Source of the DNA: a virus
DNA length: 64,000 nucleotides
IMG/VR virus record: IMGVR_UViG_3300035070_003385
Coordinates: 1 to 64,000 of that record
Direction: 5' to 3' (one strand)
Below are positions 28,353 through 38,267 of this stretch, piece by piece. The position numbers and the translations under genes are program-made. Position 1 is the stretch's first letter. Every line of letters starts with the position of its first letter. The notes under the pieces were generated by a model, which worked only from the letters and a program-made list of their open reading frames with translations, did no database searches and was not told the origin of the DNA.

Positions 28353-30148
28353 TAATTTGACTCTTCAAAATTAATTTTAATATCTTCGCTTCTGATAGAC
28401 AAAATACGATTTTTTGGAGCAGTAATATTTGGGGACATTGACGCCGCATATATTTTAATTGCATTTCCTGAAAACGCTTCTACACCAAACTTAATTAATT
28501 TAACTTCGCCTGTATCGTAATTTACTGTACCTATCGAAGGATTTATTATTGCTTGTGTTGAATTTCCAGTGTTTACAACTGAATTAATAATAGCAATCTT
28601 TCCTGCACCATCATCAATTAACTTTGCCGAAATGCCTTTATACGTAAACACAGAACTTGTTATTGATGGCTTAAATCCAATTAATCCAGTTTCTGCATCG
28701 TATGGATATGGTTTAATAAGCTGAGTAGTAAACTTAAATGCTGGGTTTAATTCTAAGTTAAGAACTGGCGCATATTCAATAATAGGATTTGCACAAACGT
28801 TATTACTTAATATTCCATCATCAACACCATCTATGATAGACATAAGTTTTGAAACTCTTAACGTTTCGCCAAATTCATCTAGGTTTGCAGCGTTATAACT
28901 AGTAATTTTTTCTCTTATTAAGGTTTCGAGAGCTTGTGTTGATTTTGTTGTGAATTTTTTTGAATAAATTACATCCACTATAGTTTCAGAATATAAAAAA
29001 TCTGGATCAATGAAAATAGGTTCAATTGAAAGCGGAGTTTTATCAGCCAAATATCTTAAATACGAGTTTTTACGGGTTTCTGACAAAAATCCTTCGCCTT
29101 GTAAGTTTACAGAAATCGCAACTCGCCCGTATTGAGGAGGATCTAATTCATCACCGCCGTATGCTGATACACTTTTTATTTCTGGAAATCTTTGTGATAA
29201 TATAATTTTATAATCGCCTGCAGTAATTGCTCTTTCTTGAACTTGAATTGATTTAGGAGCAAAGAACTTTATATTTTCTAAGGTTTCGCGCTCTGAACCG
29301 CCGGCCGCAGGTGATACTGTTGTTACAGTTGAATTCGGTTTAAACGAAGTCGCAAATACATTAGCCCCGTTTACTTCCGGTCCATTACATACTCGATATT
29401 GTATTTTTACGTCAATGTCTCTTTTTGGCTGTTCACCAAATACATTTCCACCAAAATAAACAGAATATCTGTTATCTAAATGCGGCTCAAGGTAAAAAAC
29501 TTTGCTCGTTGGCGTAACACCAAATATGTCGGCCGTATAGAAAAATTGATTTTTTCCAAGAGTTGCATCATCATCAACATATACTTCAATGGTATTTGTA
29601 TCGATGTTATCGTTTATTAAATTACATTTTAAAGAATTTGTTTCATCAACAAAAAAGCCGTCCTTTTCAAATATATCTAATATGTATCCTTCGAATATTT
29701 CAACATTTGTTGCTACAAAAACTCCATCTGACGTTTTTTTAGCAATGTAAGATTGATCTGTAATAAATGTATAATTATTACGTTCAAAATTAGCCGTAAA
29801 TTCCGTAAATCTTGGTATAGTAATTATTGACGCGGTTTCAAGTGGATCTCGTAATGTTACATTTACTACGGCTTTTGCCGATTTTCTAGATCGAGGTAAA
29901 TAATTTAATTCTTTGGCGTGTGAAACAACAGAATTTTTAATAACAGCAGAATCAAGAAACATTTCATTGATTGCCATATTAGTATAAAAATTATTCATGT
30001 GTGTATTATAGGATAGAACATCAAGTAAGACATTCATATTTGCACCAGTAAAATCGTAATCTTTAAATTGCGTTTGATTTTGCAAGTGCGTTATGAATTG
30101 ATCCTTAATGGTTGTAAAATCAAGCTCATTAATCTGTTTAGTAGCCAT
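28352..30148 (-). CDS. gp6: Baseplate wedge subunit gp6
   Basis: ELDFTTIK...DYDFTGANMNVLLDVLSYNTH...EMFLDSA; QERAITAGDY. Confidence 0.92.
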   Translation of the reverse strand: MATKQINELDFTTIKDQFITHLQNQTQFKDYDFTGANMNVLLDVLSYNTHMNNFYTNMAINEMFLDSAVIKNSVVSHAKELNYLPRSRKSAKAVVNVTLRDPLETASIITIPRFTEFTANFERNNYTFITDQSYIAKKTSDGVFVATNVEIFEGYILDIFEKDGFFVDETNSLKCNLINDNIDTNTIEVYVDDDATLGKNQFFYTADIFGVTPTSKVFYLEPHLDNRYSVYFGGNVFGEQPKRDIDVKIQYRVCNGPEVNGANVFATSFKPNSTVTTVSPAAGGSERETLENIKFFAPKSIQVQERAITAGDYKIILSQRFPEIKSVSAYGGDELDPPQYGRVAISVNLQGEGFLSETRKNSYLRYLADKTPLSIEPIFIDPDFLYSETIVDVIYSKKFTTKSTQALETLIREKITSYNAANLDEFGETLRVSKLMSIIDGVDDGILSNNVCANPIIEYAPVLNLELNPAFKFTTQLIKPYPYDAETGLIGFKPSITSSVFTYKGISAKLIDDGAGKIAIINSVVNTGNSTQAIINPSIGTVNYDTGEVKLIKFGVEAFSGNAIKIYAASMSPNITAPKNRILSIRSEDIKINFEESN

Positions 30149-30151
30149 ATC

Positions 30152-30568
30152 TTATCTAGTCCTCTCTAGAAACACCGTGAGTGTAATTGGGTCTGCAACA
30201 TTATTTATGTAAAAATATATATCTATTTTGACAGTGTTATCGTCTAATGAAGATAACACATTTACATCAATAAGTGAGCACCGCGGTTCGTATGTTTCGA
30301 TTGTAATTCTTACTTGCTCTTGTATCATTTTAATTACGGCAGGAGTATTGTTTTCGAATAACATTGCCCGAATATTGCCGCCAATAAGAGGCTGCATAAG
30401 TCTTTCACCTTTATCTGTAAGAATAAGATTTTTTATTGATTCCTTAACAGCTTCTTCATTTCTTTTTAAAGCAATATCCTTAGATATAGGATTCACGGAC
30501 AAGTCTTTGTGAACGTCGGCATATAAGTTCATCTTTTTTAATTTTGGAGTTATGAGTTGTACTACCAT
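30152..30568 (-). CDS. gp25: Baseplate wedge subunit gp25
   Basis: AVKESIKNLILTDKGERLMQP...IETYEPR. Confidence 0.92.
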   Translation of the reverse strand: MVVQLITPKLKKMNLYADVHKDLSVNPISKDIALKRNEEAVKESIKNLILTDKGERLMQPLIGGNIRAMLFENNTPAVIKMIQEQVRITIETYEPRCSLIDVNVLSSLDDNTVKIDIYFYINNVADPITLTVFLERTR

Positions 30569-30573
30569 TTATT

Positions 30574-32259
30574 TTACCTATAAGTTGCAGGATCACGAGG
30601 ATTTACGCCGTCTACAGATCCCCAATACCGTGCGTGCCCTTCGTCTATATGAACAAAGTCTGTATAACCACCAATTCCAACCATACCTTCTTGTACTGCA
30701 ATTTTTAAAAATTCTTTGCGGCCTGCTGGGTAACCAGCCCATTGTATATCATATGCATGACCCTGTTCGTGCTTTGAATTTCCGGGTTTGGCTACTTTGC
30801 TCTTATCTTTAGTACGGTCATATATAGCTTTTTGTTCTTGATAAGTTCTTCTTAAGCTAATCATCGTTAATTGTTTGCCAAACCTTTTTTGTATTCTCAT
30901 AACCTTAACACGTGATGCCATTGACTGAGTTTCCCAGCGCCAAGCAGGCGGTTTTTTACCTTCTCTTGTGATTGCTGGTCTTAATGAACCCCCGGTAAAT
31001 GTAATTCTTGAATCGCCTTTACCTTCATTGTATTTTGTAACACTATTAAGTTCTTCTGCTGAAAGTGGAGCAATGTCACCAGATTTAACTGATGTTATCG
31101 GTGTACTATCAGCGCCTGCTCCACCAAAAGGCTCGAGTTCGCTTGCATTACCTGTTGCTGCGCTTATTGCCGCCGATCTTTGCTCTGGTGAAATACGTAT
31201 TGCACCAGCTCTTATAGCACGCTCTGTATTTACGTTTGAGGATGACTTTAACGTATTTAAAGAAGACTGATAATTATTCGTGTAGTCTGTTAAAGGGTTT
31301 ATAAGACCTTTAATGCCATTTTCTATTTGGGCCCCAAAACTACAAAAGCGATATATTAAAAATTGTATTTCATCTAATGATGGGTTTTTAAATAAATTAA
31401 GAGCATATTCTATTATACCTTTTATTTTATTTTTAAAACTTTCAATATTAGATGGACTAAAAAAGCTTAACGCTTTTTCTTTAATATTATAAAATCTTAA
31501 TATTACGTTTTGTTGAAAATACGTTGTGGCATCTTTGATGATATTTTCTATACTAAAATTTTCAATAATATTTTTTACATTATCAACAACTCTTTCAACC
31601 ACATTTATTATTTGATCTTTAATTTTATCAATAAGCAGCTTTAAAGATAAGTCTTGGACTGAAAAGTTTTTAATTGCACTTACAAAATTTTGTATATCGT
31701 TAAGAGTGTCAAAAAATCCATCAATTGCCCCAAACACAGATGGCATAATAGAGCAAAAACTATCAAGTATTCCGTTAGAAATACTACTTCCATAAAAATC
31801 TTCTACTTCGTTTAAAAGTTTTGGTGTAATTGTGTTTGCTTGGTCTTTAAGTGTTATTGGTATATACTGATAGGTGTTTGTAAATTCTGCCACTTCAATA
31901 GGCGTAAAGATAAGATTTTGATTAATTCTTTTTGTAATATTTGGGTATCTTTCAGTATTGGTAATTAGTTTTTTTATTTCACTATTTTCAAAGTATGTGT
32001 TAAATGTAGAAACAGATTCATAGAAAGGTGTTTCGCCATATTGTTGAATTAACAGTTCAGTTGTGCTTATTGGTTTAAATACTGCACCTTGCTGGAAGTT
32101 ATTACTTAAAGAATCTGCATTATTAATTGTATATGTCCCAAAGTTTAATTCGTTTGCGAAGGCTGCAACCACATCATTTACTGCAGCTTCAGGATTTGAA
32201 GCTGTTGATCCTATTCGGATAACGCAATGATTTCTAGTTGATATGTTCGACCCGGACAT
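30574..32259 (-). CDS. Helical protein with a C-terminal peptidase M15 (Zn D-Ala-D-Ala/L-Ala-D-Glu peptidase-like) domain
   Basis: SLRRTYQEQ...PGNSKHEQGHAYDI...GIGGYTDFVHID. Confidence 0.8.
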   Translation of the reverse strand: MSGSNISTRNHCVIRIGSTASNPEAAVNDVVAAFANELNFGTYTINNADSLSNNFQQGAVFKPISTTELLIQQYGETPFYESVSTFNTYFENSEIKKLITNTERYPNITKRINQNLIFTPIEVAEFTNTYQYIPITLKDQANTITPKLLNEVEDFYGSSISNGILDSFCSIMPSVFGAIDGFFDTLNDIQNFVSAIKNFSVQDLSLKLLIDKIKDQIINVVERVVDNVKNIIENFSIENIIKDATTYFQQNVILRFYNIKEKALSFFSPSNIESFKNKIKGIIEYALNLFKNPSLDEIQFLIYRFCSFGAQIENGIKGLINPLTDYTNNYQSSLNTLKSSSNVNTERAIRAGAIRISPEQRSAAISAATGNASELEPFGGAGADSTPITSVKSGDIAPLSAEELNSVTKYNEGKGDSRITFTGGSLRPAITREGKKPPAWRWETQSMASRVKVMRIQKRFGKQLTMISLRRTYQEQKAIYDRTKDKSKVAKPGNSKHEQGHAYDIQWAGYPAGRKEFLKIAVQEGMVGIGGYTDFVHIDEGHARYWGSVDGVNPRDPATYR

Positions 32260-32316
32260 TTTACTTTTTCCTTTATAATCTATTTATTCGCGATTGAACT
32301 TGCAATAGTTTAAACA

Positions 32317-34167
32317 TTAGGTAAGGCCCCAATTTTTATTATAATAGGCATTAATGCTTCCTACTGTGATCCTGCCATCAGAACCGCGCCATGGCGGATT
32401 TTGCTCATATGCTTTTGAGCCTCTTTTGTAAACTTCAAAATTATCAGGACGGCCATAATAAGCCGGAGCTGCTTGAATAATTCCAAGATCGCCACCTTTA
32501 TATTTAGCACTTGCAAGATATTTGTCATATACTTCTAATTGCTGAGTTGGGTTCATATTACGAATTTGACTCGTTGTATAACCAAGGCCTTTTGCCGTGG
32601 CAGGTACAAACTGAAACAAACCCGATGCCCCAGAATTTTGATTATATGCAGCAGTATTAAATGCGCTTTCACCGCTAATGATTGCATATAATTGCTGCTT
32701 TTCGAGGCCGGGATATTTACTTTGCATTTCCGCAAGTTTTGTTTGAAACGCTTGATCATTTTCGAGTTCGGCCACGGATGTTTTAACTCCACTGGATGAT
32801 TTTTTAATTGCATCTGCTGCAGAAGAAGTCGAAGCTTCACTGGGTGTTTCTGCTGCGGCCGATGAATTAACTGATTCTTCACCTTCATCTTGTGACGCAT
32901 AACCGCTCGAACCAATCATGCCGCCATCGTAGCTTTCGTTTCTTGTTATACTTATAGATTTACTTACAGGTTCTGGAGCGTCTACAGCTTCAGCTAAACC
33001 TGCGCCTGCAGAATTTGGTTCAACCGCTAAACCTTCTGCCATACGTACGTAATCATCAATGGCAGTAAGTGCAGCACTGATACTCACCTGCGATTCTCCA
33101 CCAATTTTTACGTGCTCAGATTTAATACTTAAATCACCTAATGCATCAAAATACATTATTTCCGATTTTAAATTAATATCATTATTAGCCTGCAGATTTA
33201 TTTTTTTATTTGCTTTTAAATTAATGCCTTCTACATTTGATTCAAGACGTAGCTTTCCACCTCTTATTTGAATTTCTTCACTTGCATTAATAGTAGATTG
33301 CCCGCCAACAGAAAGATAATGATTCCCTCTAACGTTTTGTATTAAATCGCCAGTGATTTCTTCTATCTTATTTCCTTTTACTAAAACCTGTGAATCGCCT
33401 TCTATAGTAACTATGTTTCTACCTTTTACATACACATAATTATTTCTATCATTTATTTGCATTTTATCAGAAATAGATTTATGAATAGTGCTTCCTCGTG
33501 CATCAATCGTGATATAAGAGCCTTCACCGTGATATATAGTAATTCTTTCAGAGCCTGGTGTATCATCCAATTCGATAGAATGATTAGCTGTTTCTATTAC
33601 TCTATTGAATGGGTATTGTGTATTATATGCAGGTGCTGGTTCTGCAAAAAATTCTCGATCTCCGCTATCGGCTTTATCTGGGTTTTGGTCTGCAATACCG
33701 ATATCTTTTACACGAGACATTTCCTGCTGGTGAACATAAGTTTGTTCAATATTTTCCCCGCGCGCCAATTTTGAATTTGCTGGTTGACCCAAGTCAGGCG
33801 GCATTGATCCTTTTGCGAGAATTCTAGAATTTGTTTCTGGTATTTTACCCCAGCCTGTCAAATCCGGATTTATTATTTCAGTCATTTGTGTTGGAATTAA
33901 ACCTAATATCATTGGCTGCTGCGCATCACGTCCGTCAACGAAAAATCCAAATACAAATGAGTTTAAACGCGGTATTTCAGCGTTAGGGTCGTAACTTCCA
34001 TGTATCAGTGTTGCCCAAGGAAGATCTTCAGTTGGGACTTGCTGGGTCGTTCCATGTACTCCAAAGGCACGTACTTGAACTCTTCCTTCAAGGCGATCGT
34101 CGACGTTATTTTCTACAACCCCTATAAAAAATAAAGGATTTAAAATCCCTACGCCAGTTTCCATCAT
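32317..34167 (-). CDS. gp5: Baseplate hub/needle gp5 with a C-terminal lytic transglycosylase (SLT-like) domain
   Basis: N-terminal OB-fold GVVENNVDDRLEGRVQVRAFGVH; HSIELDDTPGSERI; beta-helix repeats; C-terminal AIISGESAFN...ASGLFQFVPATA. Confidence 0.88.
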   Translation of the reverse strand: MMETGVGILNPLFFIGVVENNVDDRLEGRVQVRAFGVHGTTQQVPTEDLPWATLIHGSYDPNAEIPRLNSFVFGFFVDGRDAQQPMILGLIPTQMTEIINPDLTGWGKIPETNSRILAKGSMPPDLGQPANSKLARGENIEQTYVHQQEMSRVKDIGIADQNPDKADSGDREFFAEPAPAYNTQYPFNRVIETANHSIELDDTPGSERITIYHGEGSYITIDARGSTIHKSISDKMQINDRNNYVYVKGRNIVTIEGDSQVLVKGNKIEEITGDLIQNVRGNHYLSVGGQSTINASEEIQIRGGKLRLESNVEGINLKANKKINLQANNDINLKSEIMYFDALGDLSIKSEHVKIGGESQVSISAALTAIDDYVRMAEGLAVEPNSAGAGLAEAVDAPEPVSKSISITRNESYDGGMIGSSGYASQDEGEESVNSSAAAETPSEASTSSAADAIKKSSSGVKTSVAELENDQAFQTKLAEMQSKYPGLEKQQLYAIISGESAFNTAAYNQNSGASGLFQFVPATAKGLGYTTSQIRNMNPTQQLEVYDKYLASAKYKGGDLGIIQAAPAYYGRPDNFEVYKRGSKAYEQNPPWRGSDGRITVGSINAYYNKNWGLT

Positions 34168-35492
34168 GTCGTGTTCCAGTCGTACTTAATTAATTTAAGA
34201 GCAGTAGTGTGTACATCTCTTACAAAGTTATGAGTTACCGTATCTATCATATAGTATCCAGATAGTTGTGGATTTAATCCTTTTTTAGATGAGGCAACAA
34301 ATTGAGGTATTTTAATATTTATCATGCCTCCTGCGTTTAAATCTAATCTACCGTTAGCTGTTGCATGGACCATAGTGTTATTTAAATGATGTCGATAAGC
34401 TGTTCTATTTGCAACTATTTCTGGAAGAAACTGATTTCCTCTTAATTGAAATTCTCCGCTATCATCTGCATAATCACGAATTACCATATAACGTTTTTCG
34501 TTTTCTTGAGTAAAATAAGTACTTTTAAATTCAGGAGAATGAATACCTTCATCGGTATTACGCCCCGAGGTGGACAGATATTTTGTTTTTTCTGTTTCAA
34601 AATTATAAGAGTGTGTTGTAGATTTAGTAGGAAGATTTACTCGGCCTCTTACTAAATCTATTTCAATAACGTGGCTACGATATGCGCCAGAACCAAGATC
34701 TTTCATTGTGTTAACGCGATCTTCGTTTTTAATAGTTATAAAATTTTGCATTTGCTGCGAATATTCTTCGCCTGATTTGTCTAAAGCATCACTATAAGTA
34801 AATTCTTTAATGTCGTTAACATTTTTTAATGCCTGATTAATTAAATATTCGTCTGAAACAAAAAAGTGATTGTGAACTGTTTCAAAAAATCTAAAAGAGC
34901 ACGATGGGCTTGTTGTGCTATAAGCACGCTGTGATAAAAAGTTCATTGCTTGAATCGGTGTGTAGTTTGGAATTACACAACGAAATATACCTTCAGTTGG
35001 TTCGACAATTAATCCTGAAGAGTTTTGCGGTGGGCTATAATAATTATCAAAAATAGTTGATGCTATAGTTGATATTTTGTCTTCAAAAGGAGCTGTTATG
35101 CGTCGTGAACTTACATTAAATCTTGATTTTGAAACAAAGTGAATTTCATATCTTAAGCCGTCGTTTGCGTCGTTAATTTCTACATTTTGAATTTTATATA
35201 TTCGCATTTGATAAATTCTACGATTTTTCATAGCGTCTTCAATAGTAAAAATTAAATGTTCCTCGCCGCGAATTGGCAAGTCCTCAAGAAAACCTATATT
35301 ATCAACTATTTCCGCATAACCTTTTATGCAGTCGGAATTAATAGATTCTTCAATCACAAAAACAGGTATGAAGCCTGAAAATTCATTTGAATTTCCTTGA
35401 CCTGAAACTCCTAATTCGATAGATGCAGCTGAATCGGAAACTAATACAGCACTTAATAGCTTGTATTGTCCTGGTAAAATAAATTCACTCAT
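34164..35492 (-). CDS. Baseplate hub protein (gp27/phage protein D-like)
   Basis: Position upstream of gp5; FRCVIPNYTPIQAMNFL, FRFFET, GRLDLNAGGMINIKIP...SGYYMI. Confidence 0.7.
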   Translation of the reverse strand: MSEFILPGQYKLLSAVLVSDSAASIELGVSGQGNSNEFSGFIPVFVIEESINSDCIKGYAEIVDNIGFLEDLPIRGEEHLIFTIEDAMKNRRIYQMRIYKIQNVEINDANDGLRYEIHFVSKSRFNVSSRRITAPFEDKISTIASTIFDNYYSPPQNSSGLIVEPTEGIFRCVIPNYTPIQAMNFLSQRAYSTTSPSCSFRFFETVHNHFFVSDEYLINQALKNVNDIKEFTYSDALDKSGEEYSQQMQNFITIKNEDRVNTMKDLGSGAYRSHVIEIDLVRGRVNLPTKSTTHSYNFETEKTKYLSTSGRNTDEGIHSPEFKSTYFTQENEKRYMVIRDYADDSGEFQLRGNQFLPEIVANRTAYRHHLNNTMVHATANGRLDLNAGGMINIKIPQFVASSKKGLNPQLSGYYMIDTVTHNFVRDVHTTALKLIKYDWNTT

Positions 35493-35739
35493 TTAATTTA
35501 TTCGTAATTTCTTTTTCAATTTTTGATACTAAATTTCTATCAATAAGTTGAATATTTCTTTTATTGTCATTTATTGCTTCCTCAAAATCCCAAATGCGAT
35601 ATGGTTTCCACTCAGCTGGGATGATTTTTTGTAATACAATTCGCTTGCCTGCTTCGCTTCTTAATATGACTCTATCTTCTTTGCGGAGGTAAAGAGTTCT
35701 AAAACTGTCAGGACTAATCTTTATTATATCAATTGCCAT
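35485..35739 (-). CDS. C-terminal segment of gp53 encoded as a separate ORF
   Basis: WDFEEAINDNKRNIQLID resembles the YEYEEELNxxKRNIKLL tail of marine T4-like gp53; it has its own GAGGT SD. Confidence 0.6.
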   Translation of the reverse strand: MAIDIIKISPDSFRTLYLRKEDRVILRSEAGKRIVLQKIIPAEWKPYRIWDFEEAINDNKRNIQLIDRNLVSKIEKEITNKLNE

Positions 35740-35740
35740 T

Positions 35741-36124
35741 TTATACCTCTTTATAATAGTAAACTATATTATCCGTGTTAGTAGTAGTTCTGGTCCAATC
35801 AATTAAATCATAACCATTTAACCCCCCAGCTTGATCACTATATTTACTAATTAAATATTGGTTAAATGTGTATTCGTCCATCGGCCATTCATTATACGGG
35901 TCAATAATATTGTTTGCTAAATATATTAGCCAAGTATAGTTGGAGTCGCCGTAATAGTGATACGCAATATCCTCAGCTCTTTCGCCTTCCTTAATAGTAT
36001 ACGGCAAAAAAGAATACGGATCTTGCAAAGTTTCCTTTAGAAAATTTACTCTTTTTGTTATGTCTTTTACTAAAACATTATTATAACTTATATCTGGAAA
36101 TTTATCAAAATATTCTCCGCTCAT
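35741..36124 (-). CDS. gp53: Baseplate wedge gp53 (N-terminal, LysM-like part)
   Basis: YFDKFPDISY; YTIKEGERAEDIAYHYYGDSNYTWLIYLANNIIDPYNEWPM. Confidence 0.88.
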   Translation of the reverse strand: MSGEYFDKFPDISYNNVLVKDITKRVNFLKETLQDPYSFLPYTIKEGERAEDIAYHYYGDSNYTWLIYLANNIIDPYNEWPMDEYTFNQYLISKYSDQAGGLNGYDLIDWTRTTTNTDNIVYYYKEV

Positions 36125-36129
36125 TTAAC

Positions 36130-37122
36130 TTACCCCGCTCCGCCGCTTATTATTTGATCACCAGCTGTTAAATTTGAAGCTGACGTATTAGTAGTTGATA
36201 CTCCGCCATAATCTTCAGATGTATGTATATCCATTTCCATGAGAGTCATATTCATTGATACCATAGCTGGTTTACCGCCAGTTACAACGGCCAATCCGTT
36301 TGGCGTGTAGTTATTTTGAAATTGCTGTACCATACATGTTTTATATTTAAAGAAATATCCATCATCAATTCCTAAAAAGAATATATCTACAGTACTAGGA
36401 TAATTTAACAATACCTTGTTAAAACCAACTGCACTCCCATAAGTAGGAAGAATGTTTCTTCGAATAGTTGTAATGATATCTCTTATTCTATCAGATTCTG
36501 CATTTTCTGTTGGCGCAAGTGTCCAATTAAAATCAAACTGTTTTAAATTTACACCTTCAAAAAACAGCGATGACTTTGGGTTAACCGTGTTTCCTAATCC
36601 TTGGTCAATTGCCTTTCCACTGCCGGCAAGTAACTTATCAATTGATCTTCTACCTAAAAACGATAAGTTTTTTGAAGCTTGGTCAATATCAGAATTAAGT
36701 ATTGAACTTAAATCTACGCCAGGTATCAAATTACCTAAAACATTTCCTAAATTTGAAACAGTAAGATCACCGGCTCCAGCAAATTGAGATGCCCCTGTAG
36801 CAACTGCTGACTGTGCAATACCCATATCACTTCCTGCTACTCTAACAGAATAAGTGTCTTGAATATTAGCAGGCAATGGGAGCTGAATTACATCTGTTCC
36901 GTTCGGTACCGGCCCAAATTGACCAGCACGATTTCTAGAAGAACCACCGGATAACGTATTTAACCCTCGTTCACCAGGTGGAACAAAAGAATATTTATTA
37001 AAAGCCAATAATACGCTGTGTGCACCAATATTCAGCGGAAAGTTTAAAAAATTAGAACTTTGCGAATTTTTACTGTTACTTATGACCTGCTCGGGTCTTT
37101 GACCAAAATCTTGATAGGGCAA
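36130..37122 (-). CDS. gp48: Baseplate tail-tube cap gp48-like
   Basis: IQLPLPANIQD, NPKSSLFFEGVNLKQFDFNWTLAP, LNYPSTVDI; TTG start with AAGGA SD. Confidence 0.82.
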   Translation of the reverse strand: MPYQDFGQRPEQVISNSKNSQSSNFLNFPLNIGAHSVLLAFNKYSFVPPGERGLNTLSGGSSRNRAGQFGPVPNGTDVIQLPLPANIQDTYSVRVAGSDMGIAQSAVATGASQFAGAGDLTVSNLGNVLGNLIPGVDLSSILNSDIDQASKNLSFLGRRSIDKLLAGSGKAIDQGLGNTVNPKSSLFFEGVNLKQFDFNWTLAPTENAESDRIRDIITTIRRNILPTYGSAVGFNKVLLNYPSTVDIFFLGIDDGYFFKYKTCMVQQFQNNYTPNGLAVVTGGKPAMVSMNMTLMEMDIHTSEDYGGVSTTNTSASNLTAGDQIISGGAG

Positions 37123-37135
37123 ACCTAAATTCCTT

Positions 37136-37143
37136 TATAAATA
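37136..37143 (+). promoter_or_regulatory. Late promoter TATAAATA for the gp4 operon
   Basis: Exact motif on the plus strand. Confidence 0.75.
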
Positions 37144-37166
37144 GAGATATACATTGGCTTTGATTC

Positions 37167-37174
37167 TATTTATA
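37167..37174 (-). promoter_or_regulatory. Late promoter TATAAATA for the gp48 operon
   Basis: Exact motif on the minus strand. Confidence 0.75.
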
Positions 37175-37194
37175 TTAAAATTTGGACAGCATAA

Positions 37195-37659
37195 ATGACT
37201 AGAGGACATAAAGGGCGATTTAGGCCAAAACACCCGGAGAAGTATAAGGGAGATCCTTCAAAGATCATATATAGATCTTTATGGGAATTTAAATTCTTTA
37301 GGTATATTGATATTCATCCTGATGTTATTTGGTGGCAAAGTGAAGAAGTTATAGTACCTTATATGTCTCCTATAGATGGAAAAAGACATAGGTATTACCC
37401 AGACGTAGTTGTAAGAAAGAGAACACCGAATGGCACAACTGAAACTATTATGATAGAAATAAAACCGCATGCACAAACCAAAGCTCCTGATATTCGGAAA
37501 AAAAACGCAACTCCTTCAGGAAGACTTTCGCGTAGATATATAAACGAAGTTAAAACTTACGGTGTTAACGAATCTAAATGGAAAGCTGCGCGCCAATATT
37601 GTGCAGATAGAGGATGGATATTTGAAATATTTACCGAACACGAATTGGGAATTAAGTAA
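37195..37659 (+). CDS. gp4: Head completion nuclease gp4
   Basis: KGRFRPKHPEKYKGDPSKIIYRSLWE...SEEVIVPY...RYYPD...IEIKP. Confidence 0.93.
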   Translation: MTRGHKGRFRPKHPEKYKGDPSKIIYRSLWEFKFFRYIDIHPDVIWWQSEEVIVPYMSPIDGKRHRYYPDVVVRKRTPNGTTETIMIEIKPHAQTKAPDIRKKNATPSGRLSRRYINEVKTYGVNESKWKAARQYCADRGWIFEIFTEHELGIK

Positions 37660-38267
37660 TGACTGCAAAAATATTTGACGAAATTCTTTTAAAAGGTATT
37701 CGAGCAGGCCAAGTGCCGGCACGTACAAAAGCAGCACGTGATTGGTATAGAAATCAAGCAAAAGCAGTATCACGTTCAAGTATAGAAGAAACAAAAATTA
37801 TCCGTCAAATGAAAGATAGACACGAAAGTAGATTTAGGCTTGGCCATATGTATACTTTTTTATACGATCCTAAACATAAAGAAACTCTTCCTTATTATGA
37901 CAGGTTCCCGCTTGTATTTCCAATAAATAAAGCTAAAGGCGGCTTTCTTGGAATGAACTTTCATTACTTACCGCTTCCTTTACGTGCGCAATTAATGGAT
38001 GCTTTATACGAAGTGACAGGAAACCAAAAATATGATGAAACTACAAAAATGCAAATATCATATAGTATCCTTAATGGTGCTTCAAAATATAGAGAATTTA
38101 AACCCACGGTGAAACATTATTTAACGTCTCAGATAAGAACAAAATTGGTATACATAAATCCTACTGAATGGGATATAGCATTATTCTTACCATCTGAACA
38201 TTTTGAAAAGTCTTCAAAAGGAAGAGTTTGGGCAGACTCAAGAAAAATAGCAAGAGGCGGGCGGTAA
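37659..38267 (+). CDS. gp2: DNA end protector gp2
   Basis: YDPKHKETLPYYDRFPLVFP...FLGMNFHYLP. Confidence 0.93.
   Translation: MTAKIFDEILLKGIRAGQVPARTKAARDWYRNQAKAVSRSSIEETKIIRQMKDRHESRFRLGHMYTFLYDPKHKETLPYYDRFPLVFPINKAKGGFLGMNFHYLPLPLRAQLMDALYEVTGNQKYDETTKMQISYSILNGASKYREFKPTVKHYLTSQIRTKLVYINPTEWDIALFLPSEHFEKSSKGRVWADSRKIARGGR

Noticed and set aside
35739-35743. Stop-codon reassignment explaining the split gp53
   Set aside because: The two ORFs are in different frames, and TAA and TGA terminate genes normally throughout the window.
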